This document shows positions 15,090 to 33,473 of a stretch of 64,000 nucleotides of DNA, piece after piece (the first letter of the stretch is position 1; each line of letters starts with the position of its first letter). The notes beneath the pieces are model-generated. The model did not search any database. It was not told where the DNA came from and saw only the letters and a list, made by a program, of their open reading frames with translations. A program made the translations under genes and the position numbers. Origin of the DNA: the human T2T-CHM13v2.0 reference genome, Homo sapiens; assembly GCF_009914755.1 (NCBI RefSeq), contig NC_060935.1. The stretch is one strand, 5' to 3'.

Positions 15090-16769
15090 TTCTGTCTTCT
15101 TTATAGTTGAAGAAGCTTTGCTGGATTCTTGGATGGCAGGGTTTTGTTTTGTTTCCTTTCAGCACTTTGAAAATGTCTTTTTCCTTCCTAGCCTGTGTGG
15201 TTTTTCTTGAGAAGTTTTTTTTGCCAGACAAACTGGGGCACCTTTATATGTTATTCGTTTCTTTATTGTTTCTGCTTTTAAGATCCTTCCTTTGTCTTTG
15301 ACCTTTGAGAGTTTGATTATTTATTATATGCCTTGGGTGGTCTTACTACGGTTGAATCTGTTTGGTGTTCTGAGACCTTACTATTTCTGGATATTTATAT
15401 TTATCTCAAGTTTTGGAAAGTTTTCTGTTATTATTTCTTTGGATAAGCTTTCTACCACTTGTTCTTGCTCACTTTCTCTTGAACACCAGTAATTCTTAGA
15501 TTTGGTCTTTTGAGATAATTTTCTATTTCTTGTAGGTGATTTTCATTTCTTTCCATTTTTTTTTTCTCCTATGACTGGGTATTTTCAAATAGCCTATTTT
15601 TGAGCTCACTGATTCTTTCCTCTGCCTGATCCATTCTGTTATTGAGAGCCTCTAATGAATTTGTTAGTTTGGCAAATATGTTTCTCAATTTTAAGATTTC
15701 TGTTTGATTTTAAAAATTATTTAAAATATTTTTGTTAAATTTCTGTGATCAATTTCTGAATTGTTCTTCTAGGTTTCTTTGAGATCACTAAGTTTCCTTA
15801 AAACTGCTATTTTGAATTCTTTGAGAACTCACATATTGCCATCTTGTTAGAGTCAGTCAGTAGTTTATTGCTTTGTCTGTTTGGGTAGGTTTTGTTTCCC
15901 TGTTTGCTATGATTTCTTACGGATGTACATCTATGTCTTTGCATTGAGGGATTAGTTTTTCCAGTCTTCTCTGTCTGGCTTCTTTTGGTTTTTATGGGGT
16001 ATGTTTGTATAGAGATTCTTTGTAATTTTCTTGTTGATTTTCTTTCTTTTTCCAGGTAGGTCTCTGCCTCCTTTTTGGCCCTAAATGGCACCTTATGCTC
16101 AGGTTTGCCTTGACTCTAGTAAATAAGCCATCGGAGTGTAGCTCATTCCAAATTGGGGAGGTCCTAAATGGGATATTTCAGCAGTATGGGAATGCTTGCT
16201 AGCAGTTTGTGCCCAGGGGACCTGTGGAAAGAACCTTAGTATGGTGATGCTGAACAGCCACTCTGATTTGGTGTCTCCTTTGGCTTAGTTACAGAGCAGA
16301 GTTTCCAGGACTGAGGATGGTAGTCCTACCTCTCCCCTTTGTCTCTGGCTGTCCTTAGGGATATATTTGTCTTCAGGCACTCCCAGTGCTTCCTGTGGCT
16401 TGAGATAGGGACAGGTCTTCTGCCAGGGAGCCCAAGATGATAGGGAAGCTGCTTGTTTACTTTGATTTCACTTTTTCCAGTATAAAAACTGTGAGTTGGG
16501 AGAAATTTCCATGAACTTTGTGCTGGGCAGAATTGGGGGAGACATGTCTTGGATATGGAAGTCCAATTCTCTTACTGTCTGCTCTGAGTTTTTTCACTTG
16601 ACTGTGGCCCCAGGACCTGTCTCATCCTCATATTTGAATTCTGGGCTATTGCTAGTGATAATCTCAGTGCTGTATATTTGTTTTTGTTTTCTTTGATAGA
16701 GCGTGAAATTAGCTTGCTTCTTCAGGGCCATTTTGGAACTAGAAACCCTCTCAAAAATTTTTATTAATT

Positions 16770-18160
<1,391 letters not shown>

Positions 18161-19111
18161 CAGGGGGGCAGGGCCTAGTGTGAGGGGCAGCTGAGGGAGG
18201 ATAGATTGATATGTGCCAGCAACTTGTCTTATCTGGACTTCTTTTCTGGTACTTCTTGTTTCACCTGAATTATACTGGCCACTTGGACATTACCCTGCCT
18301 CTCCATAATCAAGATATGTGAATTGGGCTTATTTCCCAAGCGGTCATTTCTTAAGTGTAAAGACTGTCTTGGTCTTTGTAATCATTGCCTCAAAGCTTGT
18401 AACAACTCCAGATTCATTCCTTTTTTTTTTTTTTTGCATGAAGTTTTAGGTTATGGCTGTCCCTGAGTCTCATCCAATATACTTTCTTTCAGGGATTCCT
18501 TAAAATTTCTTGTCTGTTCATGGCATTCTTGTTTTTTTCTTTAGTTTTTTATAGCTTTAAAAAATACCTTTTCTGTTATTTCCTGAAGGGCTATAAATGT
18601 TGAAGTCAGTGTATATACCTAGTCTGCAGTTCAATCCATTCTTCTTGTTTATAATAAAAAGAATAAATTATTATAGAAAAGTGACAAATGCATAGTGATA
18701 AAATATTATAATGTTCTTATTTGCAGAGTGACTATTGGTTTATTTCTTCCACTTCTTCCCAAAATATTAAATTTTACTTATTTATTTTACTTATATAATA
18801 AGCATTTTATCCTGTAATTATAAACTGCATAATTGGGATTTCACTTTCTAAGATAACTTTCTGGGCCTGCTCTTCGGTGACCCTCATCTGGTCTTTATAG
18901 ACTCATGGTAAGTGTAACTATTCAACCATTTACTCACTGCTTTGAAGTGACTAGAAGGCTGACTGTGTAAAGAAATGCAGGCTGGGAAAAAGGTCTCTTC
19001 TCCGTGTTCCTGTCATTTGGGGCAGGGATAGTCATCTCCCTATAAGGAATAGAGCTAATGTGTTATTTCTTTTTTCAAGTTATTTTAGTTTCAATTTAAA
19101 AAATAAATTCT

Positions 19112-19281
19112 GCCAGGCATGGTAGCTCCTGCCTGTACTCCCAGCTACTTGGGAGGATGAGGTGGGGGGAATCACTTGAGCCCAGGAGTTGGAGGCTATA
19201 ATGAGCTATGATTGTGCCACTGCACTCCAGCCTGGGTTACAGAGCAAGATCTTGTCTCTAAATACATACATACATACATAA
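19112..19281 (+). mobile_element. Alu monomer (FRAM-like)
   Basis: Right-arm sequence with (TACA)n tail just upstream of the 19330 exon acceptor. Confidence 0.8.
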
Positions 19282-19304
19282 AAATTTTAAAAAATAAAAA
19301 TTAA

Positions 19305-19535
<231 letters not shown>

Positions 19536-19759
19536 TAATTAAGTTATATGTTCTAGCATATAATGTGATGATGATGATGATGATAATATAATGAGTAGAA
19601 TCAATGAAATAGGAAAAGATATAAGGCAAATGTTATATACGTTATATGTAAAAATATAAACATGTTTAATATATAACATATTAAAATTTATTACATATCG
19701 TTGTCTATACATTCATCTAGATTCTTTACTATGAAATATTTTAGACAAAAATGTGTAGA

Positions 19760-20531
<772 letters not shown>

Positions 20532-20679
20532 TGTATTATTCTTTATGTGCATTATTTGTTATTGTTGTATTGTTATTTTTATTTGTTTCTCCTTCAAATA
20601 TTTTCCATCTGTTCAATCTGCAGATGTGGAACTTGCAGGTATGGAGGGCCAGCTGTACATCTGTACACATACATATGTA

Positions 20680-20722
20680 CACATACACACACACACACAT
20701 ACACACACACACACACACACAC
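20680..20722. repeat. (CA)n microsatellite
   Basis: Direct reading. Confidence 0.9.
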
Positions 20723-21142
20723 AACTGGAAGTACCTAACCTGATCCCTAGCATATAGGTGATGCTTAATAAAATGTCTTTAATGATAGTAACTACATAAA
20801 CTGAGTCCTTACTAAAAATGCCAGACATGATAGTAAGCACTTGTAAGGATTGCATTGTTTTGTCTTTTTTAAAAATAAGATCTTCTTGATACTTGGTTAC
20901 CAAAGAATTCATAATTTAACCCTCTCAATGCATCTGAAATGTAGCTATTCTCATTTTTACATATGGAAAGAAACAACCTAGAATAGCCAAAGAATATTTT
21001 TAAAATAACAAAGTTGGAAGGACTTACACGACTTGATTTTAAGACTTTTACTATAATGCTATGGTAATCAAGGCAGTGTGTAGTAATGGCAAACAGACAT
21101 ACAGATCAGTAAGACAGAATACAATAAAGACCAGCAAGAGTA

Positions 21143-21907
<765 letters not shown>

Positions 21908-22197
21908 TAAAGGGTTTTAAATGACCATCCCCTGTGTTTTGTGGTGATATGAGAGAGAAAGAGAGTATGGCTAAAAATTGTCCTGGTACAATACTTCTGG
22001 CATGTTTGAAGTCCTGAGGGTAAAAGGAGTAGAATGATTAGTAATAATCTCATTTTATAATTCTCTTTTTACTGGTAGTCATCAACTGAACTCATCCGAT
22101 TACAACAGCCTTATATTTGAGAAAATATTGAAACCTGAAATATATGACAGCTTAAGACAGGGAAAAGAATAAACTCTTATGTTTATTGAAATGCTGA

Positions 22198-22347
<150 letters not shown>

Positions 22348-22697
22348 TGATTCCTCCTTTCAGTTCGGATACAATAGCTGCTGAGTTATTCATCTTTTAA
22401 AGTAATTATCAGTCAGAAACACATGAAACATGAAACTTTTTTCTGATACCCTAGCAGATATCAGTCTATCTTGTATGGTATATAGAATGCCTAATTTTCA
22501 ATTCAAGTGTAATGTTTCTTTTATGATGCCAGATATTCATACATTATCTTATTCAAGGGTAATTCCAATAAAATTTCTATAGTGACATTGTCATGTTAGT
22601 TAAGATGTGAAATGTACTGCTAGAGAAGTTTCTTAGGATAACATTTTTAAAATGACCTATTAATTCATACTAAAATAGAAATCATCCCTCTCTCTCT

Positions 22698-22699
<2 letters not shown>

Positions 22700-22738
<39 letters not shown>

Positions 22739-22995
22739 CCGGGTCTGGTTCTGTCACCCAGGTTGGAGTGCAGGTGGAGACCTCCTGGGCTCAAGTCATC
22801 CTCCCAAGCTCAGCCTCCCTAGTAGCTGGGATTATAGGCATGTGCCACCACACCCGGCTAATTTTTTGTCTTTTTAATAGAGATGGGGTTTCACCATGTT
22901 GGCCAGGCTGATCTTGAACTCCTGGCCTCAAATGATCCACTCGCCTTGGCCTCCTAAAGTGCAGGATTACAGGCGTGAGCCACCATGCCTGGCCT
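22700..22995 (-). mobile_element. Alu with 35-nt poly-T tail
   Basis: Antisense dimer preceded by (CT)n and T35 at 22701-22735. Confidence 0.9.
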
Positions 22996-23454
22996 GATGG
23001 CAGGTGATTCTTACTAAACTCTTAGATTAAAATGATAGTAGGCTTATTAATATAATCGTGTTTGAATTGGACTTTATTTCACAAATACTTCTGGCAGTCC
23101 TCAGATCATATATTATGTTCCCATTGGTTAGGTTTTTAGCTTACTTTGTTTAATCCATAATGTATCTCAAAGTACAGAATCTAAGTGCTATGTGTACCAA
23201 TGGTTTTATAAGCAAGGGAAATGAGAAGAGATGGGATGCAAAGGATGTTTTCTCCTACACAGAGAGAGGTCCACAGATTGGTGAGCTCTGTGCCCTCGAT
23301 TTGGAGTATCTCACTCCATCCATTTCTGCTGGCCATCCAGGAGTTAAACTCTCTACTGTGAGATATGTGAATGGGGAGGAGGCTGAACATGTACCTAAAG
23401 TTTTTTTTGTTTTTTTTTGTTTTTTTTTAATGTGGTTTCTTGGAGCAAAGCCAC

Positions 23455-23855
23455 TGTATGAGTTTACTAGGGCTGATATAACAAAATGCTGCAGACTGGA
23501 TGGCTTAAGCAACATAAATTTATTTTCTCAGAGTTCTGGAGGCTAGAAGTCTGAGATGAAGGTGGCAGCAGGTTTGGTTTTTTTTGAGGCTTCTCTCTTT
23601 GGCTTATAGATGACCTGCTGCCTTCTTGCTATACCCTCACATAGTCTTTCCTCTGTGCATGACCATATTTGTGTCTTGATGTCCTCCTCTTGTAAGTAAA
23701 TTAGTCAAATTGGATTAGGGCCCACCCATATCACCTTATTTTTCTTTAGTTACCACTTTAAAGGCCCTATCTCCAAATACAGTTGGATTCTGAGGTACTG
23801 GAGGTTAGGACTTTAACATATGAATTTTGAGGGGAACACAATTCCTCCTATAACA
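23455..23855 (-). mobile_element. MaLR solo LTR (MLT1B/C-like)
   Basis: tttattttctcagagttctggaggctagaagtctgagat; ctatctccaaatacagt..ctgaggtactgg; acatatgaattttgaggggaacacaatt. Confidence 0.8.
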
Positions 23856-24542
23856 CATCCATTTTATAGCCCCCATTTCATATCCTACATATGTTTTTTA
23901 TTGCTAATGCGCGTGTGTGGGGGTGTCATTTAGACACAGTAGGAAAAGATAGGCTCACTCATGGTGCTCATAGTACATCTTTGTGGGGACAGTAAATTAA
24001 GTTTCATTGATGGCTAGTTTTCAGCCTGTCCTAGTCATTTCTTCACCACTTGAACTGAAAGAGAAATGAGGGATCTGGAAGCAGGTTCTAAAGAGACTGT
24101 TCTACAACAACAAGGTGTTTTTAATATAGATGTTGGAAGTTGGGAAGGTGAAAGTGATGAGGAGCCAAAAGAGTTTGCTCTTCACCCTCTTTTCGTGAGT
24201 CCATCCATCAAGGACTCCTAGGGCTAGGAGTGGATCAGATGGTGTGGTGGAGGGGGATTATAAGTCGCAACAGCTGGAAAAGAGCATTGTTGGGGGACAT
24301 TTACCTTTTCTTTTTTTCTTTTTAGTTTTTGTGGGTACATAGGTGTATATGTTTATGGGGTATGTGAGATGTTTTGATACAGACATGGAATGTGAAATAT
24401 TCACATCATGGAGAATGGGGTATCCATCCCCTCAAGCATTTATCCTTTGTGTTATAAACAATCCAGTTACCTTCTTTTAGTTATTTAAAAATGTACAATT
24501 AAGTTATTATTGACTATAGTCACCCTGTTGTGCTATCAGATA

Positions 24543-25350
<808 letters not shown>

Positions 25351-28118
25351 GATCTTATTCTTTTTTATGGCGGATTAGTACTGCATTGTGTATATGTACC
25401 ACATTTTCTTTACCATTTATCTGTTGGTGGACACTTAGATTGCTTCCACATCTTAGCTATTGTGAACAATGCTGCAACAAACATAGGAGTGAAGATGTCT
25501 CTTTGATATACCCATTTCCTTTCTTTTGGGCATATACCCAGCAGTGGGATAGCTGGATTGTGTGGTAGCTCTATTTTTAGTTTTTTGAGGAACCTCCAAA
25601 CTGTTCTTCATAGTGGTTGTACAAATTTACATTCTCACCAACAGTGTACGAGGGCTCCCTTTTCTCCACATCCTCACCAGCATTCGTTATTGCCTGTCTT
25701 TTGGATGTAAGTCATTTTAACTGGGGGGAGATGATATCTTATTTGTACTTTTGATTTGCATTTATTTGACTATCCATGATGTTGAGTGCCTTTTCATATA
25801 TCTGCTTGCCATTTGTATGTCTTCTTTTGAGAAATGTCTGTTCAGATCTTTTGCCCATTTAAAAATCAGATTATTAGTTTTTCCTATAGAGTTGTTTGAG
25901 TTTCTTATGTATTTTGGTTATTAATCCTTTGTCAGGTGGGTAGTTTGCAAATATTTTCTCTCATTCTGTGGGTTGTCTCTTCACTTTGTTTCCTTTGCTG
26001 TGCAGAAGCTTTTTAACTTGATGTGATCCCATTTGTCCATGTTTGCTTTGGTTGCCTGTGCTTGTAGGGTATTGCTCAAAACATTTTTGCCCAGACCAAT
26101 GTCTTGGAGAGTTTCCCCAATGTTTTCTTTTAGTAGTTTCATAGTTTGAGGTCCTAGATTTAAGTCTTTATTCCATTTTGACTCGATTTTTGTATATGGT
26201 GAGAGATAGGGGTCTAGTTTTTTTCTTGTGCATATGGATATCCAGTTTTTTCCAGCACCATTTATTGAAGAGACTGTCTTTTACCCAGTGTATGTTCTTG
26301 TATGTTCTTAGCATCTTTGTCAAAAATGAGTTCACTGTAGGTGTGTAGATTTGTTTCTGGTCTATTAGTCGGGCATGATGGTGTGTGCCTGTAATCCCAG
26401 CTATTGGTCTATGTGTCTTGTTTTTATGCCAGTATCATGCTGTTTGGTTACTATAGCCCTATAGTATAATTTGAAATCAGGTAATGTGATTCCTTCAGTT
26501 TTGTTCTTTTTGCTTAAGATAGCTTTGGCTACTCTGGGTCTTTTGTGGTTCCATATAAATTTTAGCTTTTTTTTTTTTTTCTATTTCCGTGCAGAATGTC
26601 ATTGGTATTTAGATAGGGATTGCAATGAATCTGTAGATTGTTTTGAGTAGTATGGACATTTTAACAATATTGATTCTTCCAGTCTATGAACATGGAATAT
26701 CTTTCCATTTTTTGATGTCCTCTTCAGTTTCTTTCATCAGTGTTTTATAGTTTTCCCTATATAAATCCTTTACTTCTTTGGTTAATTCCTAGGTATTTAA
26801 TTTTATTTGTGGCTATTATAAATGGGATTACTATTTTGATTTCCTTTTCGGATTGTTCACTGTTGGCATATAGAAATGCTACTGATTTTTGTAAGTTGAT
26901 TTCGTGTTCTGCAACTTTACTGAATTTGCTTATCAATTCTAATAGGTTTTTTGTGTGGGGTCTTTAGGTTTTTCCAAATATAAGATTATATAATTTGTAA
27001 ACTAGGATAATTTGACTTCTTCCATTCCAATTTGGATGCCCTTTGTTTCTTTCTCTTGTCTTATTGCTCTAGCTGGGACTTCTAGTACTGTGTTGAATAA
27101 TAGAGATGAAAGTGGGCATCCTTGTGTTCCAGGTCTTAAAGGAAGTGCTTTCATATTCACTATTATACTAGCTGTGGGTCTGTCATATATGACTTTTATT
27201 ATGTTGAATTTGTCCCTTCTATACCCAGTTTTTGAGGGTTTTTATTAAGAAGAGATGTTGAATTTTGTCAGGTGCTTTTATCAGCATCAATTGAAATGAT
27301 CATATATGGTTTCTATCCTTCATTCTATTGATATGTATCATATTGATTGATTTGCATATGTTGAATCATCGGTGTATCGCAGAGGTAAATCCCACTTGGT
27401 TATGATGAAATGATCTTTCTAATTTATTGTTGAATTTGGTTTGCTAGTATTTTGTTGATGATTTTTGCATGAATATTCATCAGAGATATTGGCTTGTAGT
27501 TTTATTTTTTGATGTGTCTTTGTCTGATTTTGGAGTCAGGGTAATACTGGCCTTGTAGAATGGATTTGGAAGTATTCCCTTCCCTTCTATTTTTCAGAAT
27601 AGTTTGAGTAGGATTGGTATTAGTTCTTCTTTAAATGTTTGATAGAATTCAGCAATGAAGCCATCGGGTCTGGGGTTTTTTTTTTTTTTTTAACTGGGAG
27701 ACTTTTTATTATGGCTTTGATATCATTACTCATTATTGGTCTGTTCAAGCTTTGGGTTTCTTCCTGGTTCAATCTTGGTAGGTTGTTTGTGTCTAGGAAT
27801 TTATTTCTTCTAGATTTTCCAATTTATTGGTATATAGTTACTCATAGTAGCCACTAATGATCCATTGAATTTCTGCAGTATCAGTTGTAATGTCTCATTT
27901 TCATTTCTGATTTTATTTATTTGGATCTTCTCTCTTTTTTTCTTAGTCTGGATAAAGGTTTGTCCATTTTGTTTAACTTTTCAGAAAAAGCCCAGCTGTT
28001 TGTTTCATTGATCTTTTGTATTGTTTTCATTTTAATTTCATTTATTTCTGCTCTGATCTTTATTGTTTCTTTTCTTTTACTAATTTTGTATTTGGCTTGC
28101 TCTTGGTTTTCTTGTTAA

Positions 28119-28448
<330 letters not shown>

Positions 28449-30861
28449 TAGATTTTTTATGTGAAGTTTTTTCTCTTTTTTGATGTAGGCACTTATAACT
28501 ACAATATTTCCTCTTAGTACTGCTTTTGCTCTATCTCATAGGTTTTTGTATGTTGTGTTTCCATTATCATGTGTTTCAAGAAATTTTTCAACTTCCTTCT
28601 TAATTTTTTCATTGATCCTTCAGTCATTCAGAAGTACATTAAGACATTACCCTTTTCTTGGGTACCATCTATATGTTTCTACTGTACTAAAATTGGTCAT
28701 ATAAAAGTTGACATCTGTTTATAATTTAATTCATGTTTCTCACATTTTATCATACTGCTTTTTCCTTTAGTTTTAATTTCATTTAGTAGATAAGCTGTGG
28801 TATTTATTATTGAGGCATTCTTTTTAGTTATTTAATAATTGTTTAGAACTATGACTTCTCCTTTTTAAACTTGGTCTTAAATCTTAATTATTTCAAGTCA
28901 TTTCTTAAAAATTTCTAACAACTATATAATTTTTCTTGTTCCTTTTAAAACATTGGTCAAATTAGTCACATATCCTAATCAATATTCAATAAAAATCTTG
29001 GGTAAAATTCTCTTATTGCATTTCATTGTAGATACATTACTTAACCTCCCTCCCTCCTGTTTTTAAACATTTCCCATATGATAAAATGAAATGTTGGGCT
29101 AAATTCATTCTGTCTCGTAAAATTCAGCATTATCCATGCTCATAAATATGATTTTTTGACTCTTAATGACAGAAAAGATCAATATGTTGCCATTTTTGTC
29201 TAAAGTGGGGTTTTTAATAGAGGTCTGAGAAATCCTGAAGTTTCTGTGTTAGTGGGTTCTGGATAGGCTGTAGGAGAGAGAGAAGCCCCAGACTCTGCAG
29301 AAGCCAGCTTGTAATTTGGCAGATGGCTCTGAGGCAGAGGACAACAGAACCAGAGTTCTTAGAGACTTGCCACCTGGGCTGTAGGACTGTAGTGATAGGG
29401 TTGTTTAGTCCCTTGATATTCCTCTGTGTCCTCTCTTTTGCCAGTAATGGAGGTGGGTTCGCTTTTTAAAGCACCAAATTAACACCCAAAGTTCCTGCTC
29501 TTTGATTTATTTTGCAAGGTCATGTATACATATTCAGCACCAACCATGTGCCTGTACTGTGAGCCAGAATGAGATCTGGACCTTACTGTTAAAGAGTTAC
29601 ACAATTATACCGTAAAAGAACTAGAGATTTCTTTTTAAGATAGGATGCAATTAATGGCCAAAAATAATTAGGTTCTTAAAATACATGTCATAGGAGTTTG
29701 GGAATAGGAATTGAGGGATGGAAGAAGTTGCTAAGGATCAAATTATTGAGGAGCTATTCATAGGGATTTGGTAATAATACCTGATGTATATATACTACTT
29801 AGTAGAGTGAAAAGCTCTTATCACATTTAATACTTATTGCAGTTTTATAAAGCAGCAGTGTGCTTTGCTTATAAAACAATCGTCTATGTTAAAGATGAGG
29901 AAATTGATGTTTAGAGAAGTCAGGTGGCTTGACTGAGGTTAGATATATAGCTAGTAAGAGCAGAGCTAAGATTGCATTTTTTAAAAGTATTCATTCACTC
30001 ATCAACTCTTTAGACATTGGTTGAGGGTCTGTAAGTTGCAGCCACTTGCTGTCGTCTGAGGATATGAAGATTATAGCCCTGTCCTCACATCTTATTGTTT
30101 AATAGACCTAAACTCAAGTCTTTCTTTTAAGTCTATTCAGTTTGTTTTCTTCAGCTTCCTTGAGTTTCAAGATGGATGAAGAAGAATAGTTACAGGTTAA
30201 ATGAGCACATTGTTGAGTGATTGGCTTTAGGTGGGAAGACACATAAGCAGAGTTGTGAAGGTGAAAATAAAGACAGCATGTGTTATGAGGTGAAGATTTG
30301 GACAAAGGTGGTAAACAGTTTAGGTAATTAAGTGTGGCTTTACAGGCCTATAAATTTTGAGTTGTAAGAATCAGAAGAATACATATATATCATACATCTA
30401 TCATATAAATATATGCTGAAGCAAGACTTTTTGAAGTCTGTGTAGGTCCTTATGGTTAGAATGTGCTCACATTCTTGTGAAATACAAGATTGGTTAGGAG
30501 CTATTTATAGCAGGAGATAAGCACTGGATAGTATTAGAAAAGCCTGGATTCTAGTTTCAAACTACTTTTTACTAGCTGTGTGATTTTAAATAAATACATA
30601 AATAACCTTTTTGAGTTTCAGCTTTTATATCCGTGTGTAAAATTATCTGTGTGGGGCCTGAGCACAGTTGATTAAATGTTTGTCTAATGAATCAGTAAGT
30701 GAAATAGAGAAAATAATATTTGCCCAATGTACTTTTGCCAGTTACTGCAAGGATCAATACTTAACTAAGTACTCTATAATGGTACTGTCCAAAATTTTAG
30801 AAAATTGTTACTAATAACTAACTTTTTTGTGTGTAATTCCTGTTCTTTTTCCTTTTTTTGA

Positions 30862-31056
<195 letters not shown>

Positions 31057-32506
31057 TAATGGAATTTTAGAGGACTCAATCAAATACAGATGGAATGACA
31101 ATTTTCAAGCTGAATTGACAGCTGCCATTATATCAGCTTTTCTTTTTCAAGCAGTAATTCTCAATTGGGAGGTAATATTTTCCCGTTTCCTCATGGGAGG
31201 GGTCTTTGGAAATGTTGGGGAAGGTTGTCACAATGACCAGAGACCTTCACCAACTGGAGGTCCGGTCTGGGAATGCTAAATGTTCTGCAGTGCTCAGAAC
31301 AGTAATTCATGATTTGTCCCATCCAAATGCCTGTAGCATTCCCTGTTAAGAAATGCTGTGTGATAAAAATAAATAGTCAACATTAATAATAGAAAAATAA
31401 GTGACTTGGATTTTGAAACATATTTTGCAATTTACATCCGAATTAAATATAGCATGTATTTTTAAACCTAGCCAGCTCATTCAGGTTAGGTTCTCAAGAA
31501 ATATTTACTCCATCTATTTGTTCGTTTGGTTGTTCTTTCATTCAGCTTCCCGTATACTTACCATGTTCCAAGTTCTGTGATTAGTGGTAGAAATACAAAG
31601 GGGAGAAAACACAGTCACCGCCCTCAAGGAGTTTACAGTATTGTGGAGAGACAAATATGCAAATAAAATTCTTATTAATTCTAATCATTATACTGTATTA
31701 CATGGTATGTGTAAGGTACACTAAGAATATAGAAAAAAATCTTTCTGTTTGAAAGTTGTAAGGGAGAAACTTTAATACAGAGGAAGGTAAAAGTTATGAA
31801 GGAAACTGCATGGGGACAGAATTTAGATAGAGGTGAAAGAAAAAACTTTTGAGGAAGCAACATTTCTGTTGACACTTGTAAGCGTAAGTGTAAATGTAAG
31901 GAGGAGTTGTAAGACAACACCTTATATGTTTGAAGAACTGCATGTGGATTAGAAGGCTGGAATCTAAACTAGGAGTGTGGGCTAACAATGGCAGATGAGT
32001 CTTGACAGTATGCTCTGGTCCAATCATTTGCTAAGTTGCCATGCAACTTTTGTTTGTGAGCTCATGTTCCCTAAAATTTTGTTTATGGAATTTCTTTGAT
32101 GACTTGGAGTGTGGTTTTGTTGTACCATGTACCTGGGATCATTGTCAGCTCAAGTCTATTTTATTGGTTTAAAATGGCTTTATCAAGGTATAATTGACAC
32201 ACAATAAAATGCATATATTTGTACGGTACAACTGATGAGTTTTGATGTATGCATATCCTGTGAAACCATTGCCACAATTAAGATAGTGAACATATTCATC
32301 ACCCTCAAAGTCTCCTGCCACTTTATAACCTCTCTCCCTTTGACTGCTCCCCAGTGTGCCCAAGTAAACGCTGATCTGCTTCCTGTCACTGTAGATTGGT
32401 TTGCATTTTCTAGAGTTTTATATAAATGGAATCATACAATATATATTTATGTCTGGCTTCTTTCACTCAACATAATTATTTTGAGATTCATCTGTGTGTA
32501 TTAGCT

Positions 32507-32682
32507 GTTCATTTCCTTCTTACAGCTGAGTAGAATTCCATAGTATTCCATAATTCAATTATCCACTCACAGGTTGAAGGACATCTTGATTGTAGTTCAT
32601 TTTCTTCTAACAGCTGAGTAGAATTCCATAGCATTCCATAATTCGATTATCCACTCACAGGTTGAAGGGCATCTTGATTGTA
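32507..32682. repeat. Tandem duplication, 2 x 88 bp
   Basis: 32507-32594 and 32595-32682 differ at about 5 positions. Confidence 0.9.
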
Positions 32683-32870
32683 TCATTTTTTGGTGGTTAT
32701 GAATAAAGCTGCTGTAAACATTACTATACAGGTTTTTGTGTTAACATGTTTTCAATTCTTTGGTAAGTCTATGAGTAGGATTGTTGGGCCATATGCCAAG
32801 TGTATGTTTAACTTTATAAGAAACTGCCGAAGTGCCTTCCAAAGTGGCCATACAGATTTGCATTTCTAGG

Positions 32871-33473
32871 GGCTGGGTGCAGTGGCTCACATCTGTAATC
32901 CCAGCATTTTGGGAGGCCAAGGCAGTGGATCACTTGAGGTGAAGAGTTCGAGACCAGTCTGGCCAACATGGTGAAACCCTGTCTCTACTAAAAAGGAAAA
33001 GTTCAGGCCGGGCATGGTGGCTCATGCCTGTAATCCCAGCACTTTGGGAGGCCGAGGCGGGCGGATCACCTGAGGTCAGGAGTTTGAGATCAGGCTGACC
33101 AACATGGAGAAACCCTGTGTCTACTAAAAATACAAAATTAGCCAAGCATGGTGGTGCTTGCCTGTAATCCCAGCTACTCAGGAGGTTGAGGCAGGAGAAT
33201 TCCTTGAACCTGGGAGGTGGAGGTTGCTGTGAGCCGAGATTGTACCATTGCACTCCAGTCTGGGCAACAAGAGCGAAACTCTGTCTCCGAAAAAAAAAAA
33301 AAAATTCAAAAAATTAGCCTGGTGTGGTGGCGTGCACCTGTAGTCCCAGCTACTACTTGGGAGGCTGAGGCAGGAGAATTGCTTGAAGCTGGTAGGCAGA
33401 GGTTGTGGTGAGCCTAGATCGCACCACAGCACTCCAACCTAGGCGACTGAGCTAGACCCTCAAAAAAAAAAAA
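32871..33473 (+). mobile_element. Nested Alus: full Alu (33006-33304) inserted in the A-rich linker of an older Alu
   Basis: Left arm 32871-33005, complete dimer, then the right arm 33306-33473. Confidence 0.88.
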
